From contig CAYUDT010000002.1 of NCBI GenBank assembly GCA_964443695.1, positions 25,040 through 89,039 of the forward strand: a stretch of 64,000 nt of DNA, given 5' to 3'. A model generated the notes under the pieces. It had not been told where the DNA came from. It was given only the letters and a program-made list of their open reading frames with translations, and ran no database searches. The stretch comes from an uncultured Conexibacter sp. GTDB lineage: Bacteria; Actinomycetota; Thermoleophilia; Solirubrobacterales; Solirubrobacteraceae. A program made the translations under genes and the position numbers. Positions 10,477-20,412 of this stretch are shown here, in pieces. Within the stretch, counting starts at the first letter, position 1, and each line of letters opens with the position of its first letter.

Positions 10477-10785
10477 GTCAGGCCCCTCGCGCCCTTTCGC
10501 TGACGGCCGTCCCCACGACGTCCCCTGTCATCACGCGACGAGATTAGGGGTGGGAGGCTGGTCGCGCCAGCGTGACAACCCTGATATTCCGACCCCGCCG
10601 GCGGTGCCCCGCGAAGGCTCCCTCGATGACCGAGTCGGCCTGCTGCTCGGCCGGCACGGTGTGTCGGTTCAGGGCAAAGGCGCGTTGTTCGGCTGCTCGG
10701 GTGACGACGCGCGCCGAGGGGAGCGCGCACTGCAAGCGGTGGTGAGCGTCCCGACCCATCCCGCCTCTAGACTCGGTCTCCGGCA

Positions 10786-11376
10786 ATGGAGCTTCCGCTT
10801 CGTCGATCACGGGGGTCGGACGCCCTGCTGTGCGCGTCGCGCACCAGCGCCGACGCGTTCGTGCACTTCTACGAGGCCTACGCCGAGCGGGTCATCCGCT
10901 TCCTGGCCCGGCGGTTGCTCGACACCGAGCTGGCCTACGAGCTGCATGCGGAGGTGTTCGCGATCGCCTTCGAGCAGCGCACCACCTTCCGTGGGCGCAC
11001 GCCCGAGGAGGAGCAGGGCTGGCTGTTCGCCATCGCCCGCAGCCAGCTCAGCGCGTACTGGCGTCGCGGCGACGTCGAGCGCGCCGCGCTGAGCCGCCTG
11101 CAGCTCACCCGGCCCGCGCTCGACGACGCGGCGCTGGAGCGCCTGGAGGACCTCGCCGAGCTGGACACGTTGCGGCCGCGGTTGGCCGAGGCCATCGACC
11201 GGCTGCCCGACGACCAGCGCGAGGCCGTCCGCATGCGCGTCGTCGACGAGGCCGGCTATGCGGAGATCGCGGCGCACCAGGGCGTCAGCAACGCCCTCGC
11301 GCGCGCCCGCGTCTCGCGCGGCCTGCGGACGTTGGCGCGAGCTCTCCAGCAGGGCGACGTTGAGGAGCTGGTGTGA
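10786..11376 (+). CDS. ECF RNA polymerase sigma factor
   Basis: Region 2 AFVHFYEAY...GWLFAIARSQL; region 4 LPDDQREAVRMR...YAEIA...RARVSRGLRTL. Confidence 0.9.
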   Translation: MELPLRRSRGSDALLCASRTSADAFVHFYEAYAERVIRFLARRLLDTELAYELHAEVFAIAFEQRTTFRGRTPEEEQGWLFAIARSQLSAYWRRGDVERAALSRLQLTRPALDDAALERLEDLAELDTLRPRLAEAIDRLPDDQREAVRMRVVDEAGYAEIAAHQGVSNALARARVSRGLRTLARALQQGDVEELV

Positions 11377-12059
11377 GCCGGACGCCCGGACAGCAGCTGC
11401 CGCCCCCGCTCGAGCCGTTCCGCGATGAGCTGCGCGCGATGGCCGAGCGCGAGATCGCCGCCGAGCAGCGGGCGTCACGCCCGGCCCGGCGGCGGCGCTG
11501 GCGTGCTGGTGGGCTGGCCCTGCTCGTCGGGGGCGCGGTCGCAGTCGGCGCCACCGCCACGCAGCTCATCTCCACCGGTGACCCCGTCGAGCCCGGCAGC
11601 AACATCCCCCGCGGCGTCAAGCTCGGCAAACTCCGCGTGGGCATCGCGGCCACGGCCCCGGACCCGGCCTTCGACCGCCCTTGGGCCATCGGCATCGTCG
11701 ACCGGCCGGGCGGTCAGGAGTGCGCCGTCGTCGGCCAGCTGCGCGGCACCAGCCTCGGCGTCGTGGAGGGCGGCGTCTTCCGCCGCTACGGCGCCCGCAC
11801 GGCGCTGGTCTGCGGGACCCGCAAGCGCAGCGGGCTCAGCTTCGTCGACATCCACCCCTTCCGTGAGACCACCCCCAAGCGCTACGTCGTCTACGGCCGG
11901 GCGTCGCAGGACATCGTCAGCGTGCGCATCTCCGTCGACGACCAGGTCGCCCGCGCGCCGGTCAGCCCCGACGGGGCGTTCCTGGCCGTCTTCGACGCGC
12001 GTCCCCACCTGAGCTACCGGGCCGTCGGGTACGACGCACGGGGCCGCCCTATCGGTTGA
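11373..12059 (+). CDS. Putative membrane-anchored anti-sigma factor
   Basis: GTGA overlap with the ECF gene; short cytoplasmic N-terminus, basic stretch, one TM (GGLALLVGGAVAVGA), then an extracytoplasmic domain with two Cys. Confidence 0.6.
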   Translation: MSRTPGQQLPPPLEPFRDELRAMAEREIAAEQRASRPARRRRWRAGGLALLVGGAVAVGATATQLISTGDPVEPGSNIPRGVKLGKLRVGIAATAPDPAFDRPWAIGIVDRPGGQECAVVGQLRGTSLGVVEGGVFRRYGARTALVCGTRKRSGLSFVDIHPFRETTPKRYVVYGRASQDIVSVRISVDDQVARAPVSPDGAFLAVFDARPHLSYRAVGYDARGRPIG

Positions 12060-12104
12060 CCACGCCGTTGTCACAGCGTCGCGGCTCGCGACTCATAGGG
12101 GTCG

Positions 12105-12509
12105 ATGCTCCTCACCGATCGCATCCCTGCCCGTGCCGAGGTCGTGGTCCAGGGCGGCCAGATCACCCGGGCCGCCACCCTGCAGGGAGCGTGGCTGGCA
12201 GGTGCGCACCCCGGCAGTGGGCAGGTCCTGGTCCTGGCCGGCTTCGCGGCCCATGAGCACGCCTTCGTCGTCGGGCCCGGGGACGACACCCTCGAGGTGC
12301 CGCCGGCCCTGCTCACCGTGACGGTCGCGCTGCGCAGCCTGGAGGACCTGGCCACCCCGGCGCTGGACCGCGCGCTGCGGCGCGAGCGGCTCCGCGCCGT
12401 CGCCGGTCCGGTCCGCTGCGAGCGCCTCGGCGCTGCCGGCGGTGTGCGCGCCTGGGTCCCCGTGCTGCCGGCACGCCTCAGCGCGCCGGTGCGGCGGCGG
12501 TCGCGGTGA
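12105..12509 (+). CDS. Hypothetical protein
   Basis: 134-aa ORF filling the gap, GC3-rich codons, no recognised motif. Confidence 0.45.
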   Translation: MLLTDRIPARAEVVVQGGQITRAATLQGAWLAGAHPGSGQVLVLAGFAAHEHAFVVGPGDDTLEVPPALLTVTVALRSLEDLATPALDRALRRERLRAVAGPVRCERLGAAGGVRAWVPVLPARLSAPVRRRSR

Positions 12510-12516
12510 CGATCGG

Positions 12517-13680
12517 TCAGCGCCGCCGCGCCCGCGCGGCCTGCCGCACCAGGTGGTCGCGCTCGGCCGCGTTGTTGGCCAGGCCGGCGGCCTCGGCGTC
12601 GGCGCCGGCGGCGGCCACGTGGTCGCCGCCGAGCTCGTGCAGGTGCCCGCGCACCGCGTGCCAGCGGTGGCGGTCGCCGATGACCTCGCGCAGGCGGTCG
12701 GTCTCGCGCAGGCCGGCGTCGGCGCCGAGGACGTGGCCCACCGCGACGGCGCGCCCGAGCACCGCCGCGGGGTCCTGGCGCACGGGCTCGTCGGTCAGCG
12801 CGACGAGGTCGTCGTACCACGCGAGGATCTGCAGCCAGTCGGTCTCCGCGGCGTTCGCCGCGTCGTCGTGGAGGGCAGCGATCGACGCCTCGATCTGGTA
12901 GCGGCCGGGCCGCTGGAGCGCGAGTGCAGACTGGAGCACGCGCGCACCCTCGGCGATCTCGCGCGTGTCCCACAGGCTGCGGTCCTGGCGGTCCAGCGTC
13001 ACGATCCGCCCCGCGTCGTCGAAGCGGGCGGCCCGCCGCGCGTGGTTGAGCAACATCAGCGCCAGCAGCCCACGCGCCTCGGGTTCCGGCGTGGCCAGCG
13101 TGAGCTGCCGCGCCAGCCGGATCGCCTCGACGGCCAGGTCCACCCGGTCGGAGTGGCCGGTCGTGTAGATGAGGTAGAGCACCCGCAGCACCACGGCCAG
13201 GTCGCCCGGCCGGTCCAGGCGCCGGCCCTGCAGCGCCCGCTTGGCGCGGCTGATCCGCTGCGCCATGGTCGCCTCGGGCACGTAGAACGCGTCGGCGATC
13301 TCGCGCGTCGTCAGGCCGCCGACAGCGCGCAGCGTCAGGGCGACCTGCGACGCCGGCGCCAGGTCAGGGTGGCAGCAGCAGAACAGGACGAACAGGGTGT
13401 CGTCGCCCACCTCGGTGTTCGGCGGCGCCGGGGGCTCGGCGTGGACGACGTCCTCGCGGGCCCGGCGCGACGCCTCGTTGCGGCGCGCGTCGACGAGCCG
13501 GCGCGTGGCCACCGCCGTCAGCCACGCGCGCGGGTCGTCGGGCATCCGCTCGGGCCAGACGCGCAGCGCCTCGATCAGCGCCTCCTGCAGCGCATCCTCG
13601 GCGGCGTCGAAGTCCTCGCCCCGGCGGACGAGGGTCGCCAGGACGCGAGGGACGAGGGCCCGCAGCGCACCCTCGTCCAG
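12517..13680 (-). CDS. ECF sigma factor with C-terminal TPR-like extension (ECF42/DUF6596 type); start approximate
   Basis: DFDAAEDALQEAL, LFCCCHPDL, ALTLRAVGGLTTREIA, MAQRISRAK, QDRSLWD, GRYQIEASIAALH; directly downstream of a YciI gene. Confidence 0.88.
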   Translation of the reverse strand: MDEGALRALVPRVLATLVRRGEDFDAAEDALQEALIEALRVWPERMPDDPRAWLTAVATRRLVDARRNEASRRAREDVVHAEPPAPPNTEVGDDTLFVLFCCCHPDLAPASQVALTLRAVGGLTTREIADAFYVPEATMAQRISRAKRALQGRRLDRPGDLAVVLRVLYLIYTTGHSDRVDLAVEAIRLARQLTLATPEPEARGLLALMLLNHARRAARFDDAGRIVTLDRQDRSLWDTREIAEGARVLQSALALQRPGRYQIEASIAALHDDAANAAETDWLQILAWYDDLVALTDEPVRQDPAAVLGRAVAVGHVLGADAGLRETDRLREVIGDRHRWHAVRGHLHELGGDHVAAAGADAEAAGLANNAAERDHLVRQAARARRR

Positions 13681-13691
13681 CGGTGTGGGGG

Positions 13692-14111
13692 TCAGTCGTG
13701 GCACTGGTCGTCGGGCAGGCCCGTCATGACCTCGCGGACGTCGAGCCACTCGTACATCGGCTCGCCGCGCGGACCGGGCTCGGAGGAGACGAAGGCCGCG
13801 ATCTCCAGCGCCCGCTCGAAGGACTCGACGTCGACCATGAACCAGCCGGCGATGAGGTCGCTGGTCTCTGGGTGCGGGCCGTCGGTGGTGACGGGCGCCG
13901 CGTCGGGACCGCCGTAGCGGACCCACGTCTGCTTCTGCGTGAGCGCCTCCGCGCCCACGTACTCGCCGCTCTCGCGCAGGACGTCCGCGACGTGGCGCTG
14001 GAAGGCGATGTGCGCCTCGACGTCCTCCGGAGCCCACTGGTCCATCGGCGGGAAGGGGTGATGGGCCTCCGGTCCGCCGCGGTAGTGCTTGAGGATCAGG
14101 TACTTGGGCAT
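13692..14111 (-). CDS. YciI/DGPF-family protein
   Basis: MPKYLIL..., VTTDGPHPETSDLIAGWFMVDV motif; usual partner of ECF42. Confidence 0.88.
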   Translation of the reverse strand: MPKYLILKHYRGGPEAHHPFPPMDQWAPEDVEAHIAFQRHVADVLRESGEYVGAEALTQKQTWVRYGGPDAAPVTTDGPHPETSDLIAGWFMVDVESFERALEIAAFVSSEPGPRGEPMYEWLDVREVMTGLPDDQCHD

Positions 14112-14267
14112 CGTGGTTCTCCTGGGGTGGTGGGCCGCGCCATTCGTGGCCCTTCATCTCTTGAGCGAAGCCGACCCGCGCTTCTCGACATCGTCTCCGA
14201 AAACTTCTGAGCCGGTGCGACGTCCTGTCTCACCTGGCCAGATAGTTGACTTTGCAATAGTGGAGGT

Positions 14268-15128
14268 ATGCCAGCAGCTCCCCTCCTTCGCATCGACGAG
14301 TTCACCGACCCCAACTGCCCCTTCGCCTTCAGCGCCGAGCCCGTCCGCCGGCGGCTGGAGTGGCTCTTCGGGGACCAGATCGAGTGGCAGCCGCGCATGG
14401 TCGTGCTGTCGTCCAGCCGCGAGGAGTACGCCAAGAAGGGGCTGACGCCGCAGATGATCCAGGCCGGCTACACCCGCCTGGCCTCCCAGCACGGCATGCC
14501 GATCGACACGACGCTGCGCGACGGCCTGGCCGCCACCCGCCCCTCGGCCGCCGCGGTCGTCGCCGCGCGCCTGCACGCACCCGAGCACGAGAAGCGGATC
14601 CTGCGCGCGCTGCGCGTCCGCACCATGGGCGGCCCGCGGCTGCTGGACGACCCGACGCTCATCGACGATGCGATCCGCGACAGTGGCTTGGAGCCCGCCG
14701 AGATCCACGGCTGGGTGGCCAACGACCCGAAGGTCGACGAGGTCCTCGAGCAGGACATGCGCGACGCCCGCAACCCCGCCCGAGAGGCCCTGGCGCTGGA
14801 CCACAAGCTCGCCGATTGGGAGGAGGGGCGCCGCTACACGTGCCCGTCGTATGAGATCCGGCGCATCGACGACGCGCAGACCGCGTACGTCCCGGGCTTC
14901 ATGCCGTTCGAGGCCTACGAGACCGCCATCGCCAACCTCGCCCCCGAGCTGACCCGCCGCGAGCAGCCGGAGTCGATCGCCGAGCTGCTCGACTGGGCCG
15001 ACGCCCCGCTGGCCACCGCCGAGGTCGCCGCGATCCTCGGCGTCGGGCGCGACGAGGCCCGCGTGCAACTGGTCCGCGGCGGAGCCTCCGAGACGCCGGT
15101 CGGCACCGACGGCTACTGGACGATCTGA
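14268..15128 (+). CDS. DsbA/FrnE-family thioredoxin-fold protein
   Basis: EFTDPNCPFA (CxxA variant) and later YTCPSY; GGAGG RBS. Confidence 0.8.
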   Translation: MPAAPLLRIDEFTDPNCPFAFSAEPVRRRLEWLFGDQIEWQPRMVVLSSSREEYAKKGLTPQMIQAGYTRLASQHGMPIDTTLRDGLAATRPSAAAVVAARLHAPEHEKRILRALRVRTMGGPRLLDDPTLIDDAIRDSGLEPAEIHGWVANDPKVDEVLEQDMRDARNPAREALALDHKLADWEEGRRYTCPSYEIRRIDDAQTAYVPGFMPFEAYETAIANLAPELTRREQPESIAELLDWADAPLATAEVAAILGVGRDEARVQLVRGGASETPVGTDGYWTI

Positions 15129-15168
15129 GCTCCCCGCGCCGGCCGTTTCGGCGCGAGATCGTCAGGCC

Positions 15169-15983
15169 TCGGGGATCTCAACAGTCCGCCCGCGCCCACG
15201 GTCACGTGTGTGGACTCGTGTCGCACCGCTGCGACAGCAGTCCACGCACGTCAGCGGGTCGCTCTCAGCGCCGGCACGTGTGTGGATTCGTGTCGCACCG
15301 CTGCGACAGCAGTCCACGCGCGTCACGACCACGACGCGACGCGCGCCGCCGGCGACGAGGTGCGTGCCCCAGAGAGTCACATCCGCCGCGGGGTGAGCGT
15401 TTCACGCTCGAACCGACGCCGGGCTCTCGCGTCCGGGCGAAGCGGAAGTGCCGCGTCGTCACCGCTTGGGTGGCGCAAGGAGCGCAGCGCCCGAGCGCCG
15501 AGAACTCCCGCGTCGCCGTGAAAGCACCGGCCGGAGTTCTCAAACCCGCCTGCTTGGACGTCGGGCAGGCACAGGGGCACACGTTGCCGGCGGTGTGTCG
15601 ATCCGACGTCGCAGAGACACGTGAAATCCACACACCGCGCCCGGACCGCGCGTCGCCGGCCACGACGGACCGGAGCACGTCTCGCGGAAAACCGCGACAA
15701 ACAGCACGCGGTCCAGCGCGCGCACAGACGTTGCCACCCCGCGGGAGATGTGACGGGACTCCGTGTGTGCACGGGTTTGGCTATCTGCCCAACCGATGCA
15801 CACGCCCGCCGGATGCCTCCCGTGCGTGCATTCGTTGGGCTCCACGCCCAATCAGTGCACGCACCTCGTCGCCGGCGGCGCGCGTCGCACCGCGGTCGTG
15901 ACGTGCGTGGACTGCTGTCGCAGCGGTGCGACACGAGTCCACACACGTGCCCGTCGACGCGGGCGGACCGTGGAGATCCCCGA
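15169..15983. repeat. REP/REPIN-like palindrome cluster bounded by long inverted repeats
   Basis: 51-nt hairpin unit at 15203-15253 and 15275-15325; exact reverse complement of unit 1 at 15899-15949; arm similarity extends over 15169-15367 versus 15857-15983. Confidence 0.85.
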
Positions 15984-16118
15984 AGCGACACTCCGGCGCG
16001 TCGCGAGAGACAGACCGGACAGCCCAGCAATGGGACATACCTGCGCTCTCTGACTCCGAGAACTCCAAGGCTGGGAGTTCTCGCGGCGGGCCGGTGCAGC
16101 CAAGAAGCGCGCGCGGGG

Positions 16119-17696
16119 TCAGCGCGCGGCGCGGACCTGGATGGTCCTGCTGATCCGGGCGACACGGCCGACGGAGTCGACACCGCGGACGGCCAAGGCG
16201 GCCTTGATGCCCTTGGGATGGGCCTTCAGCGCGCGCCGGCCCGCAGCGGTGAGCGCGACGCGCACGTTGATGGTCTTGGCGCCCTTGGGCACCGCGCGCT
16301 CGCCGACGCCGATGAGCTTGCCGCCACGGGTCAGCCGCACGCGGCAGCGGACGAGGTCGAGCCTCACCGCGCCGGCCAGGCCGCAGCGCACCGCGGTCTG
16401 CGCGCTCTTGACCGTCACGCGGCGGGCGGCGATGAGCTTGAACGGCTCGCCGTGCTTGCCCTGCGGGTACTGGGCCACAGTGACGACGCCGTTGCGCACC
16501 CGCTGCGGGTGGTAGCCGACGGGGAAGCGCGTGACCTCGTCGCCGGTTTCGTAGGAGACGACCACGACCTCGTTGGCCCCGGAGGCGGAGATGTAGCAGT
16601 ACTTGCCGTCCGCGCTGTTGGTCGACCAGTAGGGCTTGGAGATGTCCTTGGGCAGGAGGTGCACGGCGAAGGTGCTGCGGTCCACGATCGCGCCGTAGTC
16701 GGACATCGTCCCGGCCACGCAGAAGCGCTTGCCGCTCGGGTCCAGCGCCAGGCCGTGGTGCGCGGAGTTCAGGACGTACTGCACCTTCGGGATCTGCTTG
16801 GTCTTCTCCGGGATCGGCAGCATCGCGACCCGGGTGACCTTGTCATTGACGAGGTCGTACTCGACGAAGCCGAAGAAGAAGCTCAGCTGGAAGTAGACGA
16901 ACTTCTCATCCGGCGAGAGCGCCATCGGCCGGACCGCGGAGGAGTAACCGGGATAGCCGGCCTCGGCCATCTTCTGGCCCATGTCGATCCGCTTGAGGAC
17001 CTTGTGGCTCTTGGCGTCCATGACCTGGAAGAACTCGCCGCCGGCCACCGCGTCGCTGGCCTCCTTCGGGTCGTCGACGGGGCTGTAGACCCGGCCGATC
17101 GACGCATGGAAGATCGTCGACTCGTCCCTGGAGTAGACGCTCTCGTGCGGGGAGTCGCCGGACTCGTAGACGCCGACGCGGTTGCCCGTCGCGGTGTCGA
17201 GCTCGTGGACGACGTTGCCGGTCGAGGCGCTGACCAGCAGCCGCGTCCCGGCGCGGTTGATCGCCATGTGGTCGGAGCGGTACCCGTCCACCGGCGCCCG
17301 CCAGACGATCTTCTTCGTCGCGAGGTCGATTGCGACGACGTCCGCGAACGACGGGCGCGAGACGTAGATCGTCCTGCCGTCGTTGGAGGAGAAGACGTCA
17401 TCGTTGAACTGGTCGTGGCCCTCGCCGATCAGCGCCCGGACGGCCAGGAAGAAGGCGCCCTTGTCGGGGCGGAAGAAGATCTCCTGCTGGCGGACCTCAC
17501 GGTCGGGGATGACATTGATGCGATCCAGCCGCTCGAAGGTCTCGGGGTCGACGATGTCCGTCGTCCCCTCCCAGTTGTTGCCGATGAGGACCGCCGGCCG
17601 CGTGACGCCCGGGACGGGCGAGGGCCCGACGACGGACGCGTCGGCGGTGGCGGTGATCAGCAGGCTGAGCGCAAGAAAGGACAGGGTGCGACGCAT
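16119..17696 (-). CDS. Secreted YncE/YVTN-type beta-propeller protein with a basic C-terminal tail
   Basis: Signal MRRTLSFLALSLLITATADA; repeated blades (SNDGRTIYVS, SPDEKFVYF, DPSGKRFCV, SADGKYCYIS, FPVGYHPQR). Confidence 0.82.
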   Translation of the reverse strand: MRRTLSFLALSLLITATADASVVGPSPVPGVTRPAVLIGNNWEGTTDIVDPETFERLDRINVIPDREVRQQEIFFRPDKGAFFLAVRALIGEGHDQFNDDVFSSNDGRTIYVSRPSFADVVAIDLATKKIVWRAPVDGYRSDHMAINRAGTRLLVSASTGNVVHELDTATGNRVGVYESGDSPHESVYSRDESTIFHASIGRVYSPVDDPKEASDAVAGGEFFQVMDAKSHKVLKRIDMGQKMAEAGYPGYSSAVRPMALSPDEKFVYFQLSFFFGFVEYDLVNDKVTRVAMLPIPEKTKQIPKVQYVLNSAHHGLALDPSGKRFCVAGTMSDYGAIVDRSTFAVHLLPKDISKPYWSTNSADGKYCYISASGANEVVVVSYETGDEVTRFPVGYHPQRVRNGVVTVAQYPQGKHGEPFKLIAARRVTVKSAQTAVRCGLAGAVRLDLVRCRVRLTRGGKLIGVGERAVPKGAKTINVRVALTAAGRRALKAHPKGIKAALAVRGVDSVGRVARISRTIQVRAAR

Positions 17697-17788
17697 CTCC
17701 CCCATTGTCCACGAAGACGGCGCCCAGCGACGATTCAGCGATTCCCGGTCCAACGAGCGCCGGCGCGGGGGATGGCCGCGGCGTTGGT

Positions 17789-18511
17789 TCAGAGCGCCGG
17801 GCCGGAGCGCCGCACCGCGCGCTCATGTTCCTGGGAGAGCCACTCCAGCGCGCGGTCGATGGCGCGCTCGGCGGCGACGGCCTGCGCCTGCTCGCGCTCA
17901 GACCGCAACTCGGCGTCGAGGTCGAGCTCGGCGCGGCGGACGGCGAGGAGGTTGATGCCGCGGTCGACGGCGTCGGGGTCGGGCAGCGCCCAGCCGTCGA
18001 CGTAGCCCACACGCAACTGCAGGCGCACGATGTCCTCGGGAGCGTCGTCCTCGGGGCGCTTGAGGCTCAGCTTTGAGGTCGACCGTCGCTGCGAGGCGAC
18101 GACCGCCGCGCGCGCTTCGAGCACCCGGTCGCCCCACACCTCGCCGAGCCCGAGCCACGTGCTGAGCCCGCGCAGCCCTGTCAGCCGCTGCTCGTCGGAC
18201 AGCCGCACCCTGCCGGCGTCCAGCGGCGAGGTCATCGCCACGTCGGCCAGCAGCGTCTGCCGCATCCGCGCGTCCGAGCGACCGTCGAACTCCACGCCGA
18301 GGACGTCGGTGCCCTCCAGCCGCGGGGTCCCGCCCCAGCGGGTCTGCATCGCGGCGAGGTGCTCCTTCAGGGCCCTGGTGTGCAGGTGGCGCAGCACCCG
18401 GTTGTCGGTTGCGACGACCACCACGCGCGCCATCTGCGCACCGGCCACGTCCACGAGATACGTGTACTCGAGTCTCTTCGGCGGGGCCGGGGGTGCGCGA
18501 AACAGCCGCAT
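17789..18511 (-). CDS. Hypothetical protein
   Basis: 240-aa ORF, AGGA upstream of ATG, helical C-terminus. Confidence 0.6.
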   Translation of the reverse strand: MRLFRAPPAPPKRLEYTYLVDVAGAQMARVVVVATDNRVLRHLHTRALKEHLAAMQTRWGGTPRLEGTDVLGVEFDGRSDARMRQTLLADVAMTSPLDAGRVRLSDEQRLTGLRGLSTWLGLGEVWGDRVLEARAAVVASQRRSTSKLSLKRPEDDAPEDIVRLQLRVGYVDGWALPDPDAVDRGINLLAVRRAELDLDAELRSEREQAQAVAAERAIDRALEWLSQEHERAVRRSGPAL

Positions 18512-18705
18512 GGCCGTCCTATCGTCGCGCCTGCCCTTGCACTTGACCGGCGCAGCTCGCGGGCAGACCGGCGATCGCCGGCATCGGTGCAGGGTTCAAC
18601 CCCCCGGGAACGGGAAAGCAGTGCGCATCGTGATCGCCAACGTCATCGTCTCCGCCGTGCTGTTCATCGCCGGGCCCGGGCGTCGCAGGGCCTGACGCTT
18701 CCGGC

Positions 18706-19089
18706 ATGACCGACGCGCGTTTCAGCGACGTCGTCGAAGCTGCGGCGAAGGTGATCGACGCCGTCGGCGTGCTGGTGATCGTGGCCGGGCTGCTCGTCGC
18801 GATCGCGCTGGCGGCGCGGCGGCGTCTGGATCGATCCGTCCGGACGGACGGCCTCAAGGGGTTTCGTCAGGACGTCGGACAGGCGATCCTCCTGGGCCTG
18901 GAGTTCCTCGTCGCGGCGGACATCGTGCGCACGGTCGCGGTAGACCCGAGCTTCGCGAGCGTCGGTGTCCTGGCCGTGATCGTGGCGGTCAGGACCTTCC
19001 TCAGCTTCACGCTCGACGTCGAGCTCGACGGCCGCTGGCCCTGGCAGACACGCCGTGCCGCGGCCGGTGGCCGAGTCCCGCCCCGCTGA
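18706..19089 (+). CDS. DUF1622-family membrane protein
   Basis: FRQDVGQAILLGLEFLVAADIVRTV...IVAVRTFLSFTL...GRWPWQ. Confidence 0.9.
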   Translation: MTDARFSDVVEAAAKVIDAVGVLVIVAGLLVAIALAARRRLDRSVRTDGLKGFRQDVGQAILLGLEFLVAADIVRTVAVDPSFASVGVLAVIVAVRTFLSFTLDVELDGRWPWQTRRAAAGGRVPPR

Positions 19090-19125
19090 CCGTCACCGCC
19101 GGGCGCGGCGAAGACCCGCGCGACC

Positions 19126-20412
19126 TCAGCGCTCGACGAGGGGCTCGGCGCCTCGCACGTCGGGCTCGGCGAGCAGGTGCAGCTGGGACACCGCGATGTC
19201 ACTCGCGGTCTCGCGGGCGATGGCCGCGGCCTGACGCTCCGCGGCGAGGCGGTAGCGCGGATCCTCCAGGACGCGGGTGACCGCGCGAGCGATGCGGCGG
19301 GGGGAAGCGGAGGGGCGCAGGCGGATCCCGGCGTCCACGGCGACGACGCGGGCAGCGACGTCGGGCTGGTCGCGGCTGACCGGGATGCAGACCTGTGGCA
19401 CGCCCGCGGCGAGCGCCTTGCATGCCGTCCCGTGTCCGCAGTGGGTGATGGCGACGGCTGCGTGGGGCAGGAGGACCGAGTGCGGGGCGCTCCGCACCAG
19501 GGTGACGTTCGCCGGCGCGTCGAACTGCCCGGGGTCGACCTCCGGCCCGGTCGTCAGCACCGCGCGGACCGGCAGGCCGCCCAGCGCCGCCATGATGCGG
19601 GCGAGCGTCCCCGCGTGATCCTGGTTGGTGGAGCTCATCGCCACGAGGACCAGCGGGCCTTCGCCGGGCGCCAGATCCAGGGGCGCCGCCCAGGCGGGGT
19701 CGTTGACGCGCGGCCCGCAGTGGACGACGTGCGCCGGCGTACGCCCGGCGGCGAAGTCCAACGACGCTGCCGAAAGCACCAGGACGCGGTCGGCCAGGCG
19801 CAGCTGGTCGAAGACGTCGCGGAGAGCCGGCAACCCGTGGGCGGCCCGTGCCCGGTTGAGGTCGGGCAGCCCGCGGTTCCAGATCGCTGCGCCGACGCGC
19901 CCGAAGACCTCGTCGCGCACCCGCCCGAGCGGGCCGGCGGCCGGGACGAACCCCAGTCCGAACGGCGGGACCCCTGGCGTCGGCAGGACATGCACGGTCG
20001 TGCTGAGGACGGCGACCGGTACCCCCGCCGCCTGGGCGCCGACGCAGGCGCCGAGCAGCAGGAGCTCGGGCACGACGACGTCTGCCGGCTCGCGATCGAG
20101 CTCGGCCCTGACGTCGGCGGCGAAGCGCTCGGCCGGGCCCGTCACGAGCCTGTCGCGCACGCGCCCGAGACCCCCGAGCGGCGTCCTGGGCTCCCAGTCG
20201 CGGATGAACTCCGACGCGGGCGTGCGGTCGATCCGCTGCGGCGCCGACGCCCACGCGACGTGCCGCGCGCCCGCTGCCGCCACGTCGGGCTTCAGGACCG
20301 CGTCGGCCATCACGCGGACGTCATGTCCGGCGCCGACCAGGGCCGACGCCACGTCCAGCACCGGAGGCACGCATCCGCCGCCGTCCCACACGCACATCAA
20401 GTACCGGGCCAT
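19126..20412 (-). CDS. GT1 / MGT-type UDP-glycosyltransferase
   Basis: WDGGGCVPP N-terminus; PSPG-like APHSVLLPHAAVAITHCGHGTACKALAAGVPQVCIPVSRDQ; GGAGG RBS. Confidence 0.88.
   Translation of the reverse strand: MARYLMCVWDGGGCVPPVLDVASALVGAGHDVRVMADAVLKPDVAAAGARHVAWASAPQRIDRTPASEFIRDWEPRTPLGGLGRVRDRLVTGPAERFAADVRAELDREPADVVVPELLLLGACVGAQAAGVPVAVLSTTVHVLPTPGVPPFGLGFVPAAGPLGRVRDEVFGRVGAAIWNRGLPDLNRARAAHGLPALRDVFDQLRLADRVLVLSAASLDFAAGRTPAHVVHCGPRVNDPAWAAPLDLAPGEGPLVLVAMSSTNQDHAGTLARIMAALGGLPVRAVLTTGPEVDPGQFDAPANVTLVRSAPHSVLLPHAAVAITHCGHGTACKALAAGVPQVCIPVSRDQPDVAARVVAVDAGIRLRPSASPRRIARAVTRVLEDPRYRLAAERQAAAIARETASDIAVSQLHLLAEPDVRGAEPLVER

Noticed and set aside
15203..15325. Direct repeats as a CRISPR array
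   Set aside because: Only two 51-nt direct copies with a 21-nt gap plus one inverted copy, and no cas genes; fits REP-like elements better
15162..16183. Overlapping ORFs within the palindrome cluster
   Set aside because: They translate the repeats in several frames and show no coding-like composition
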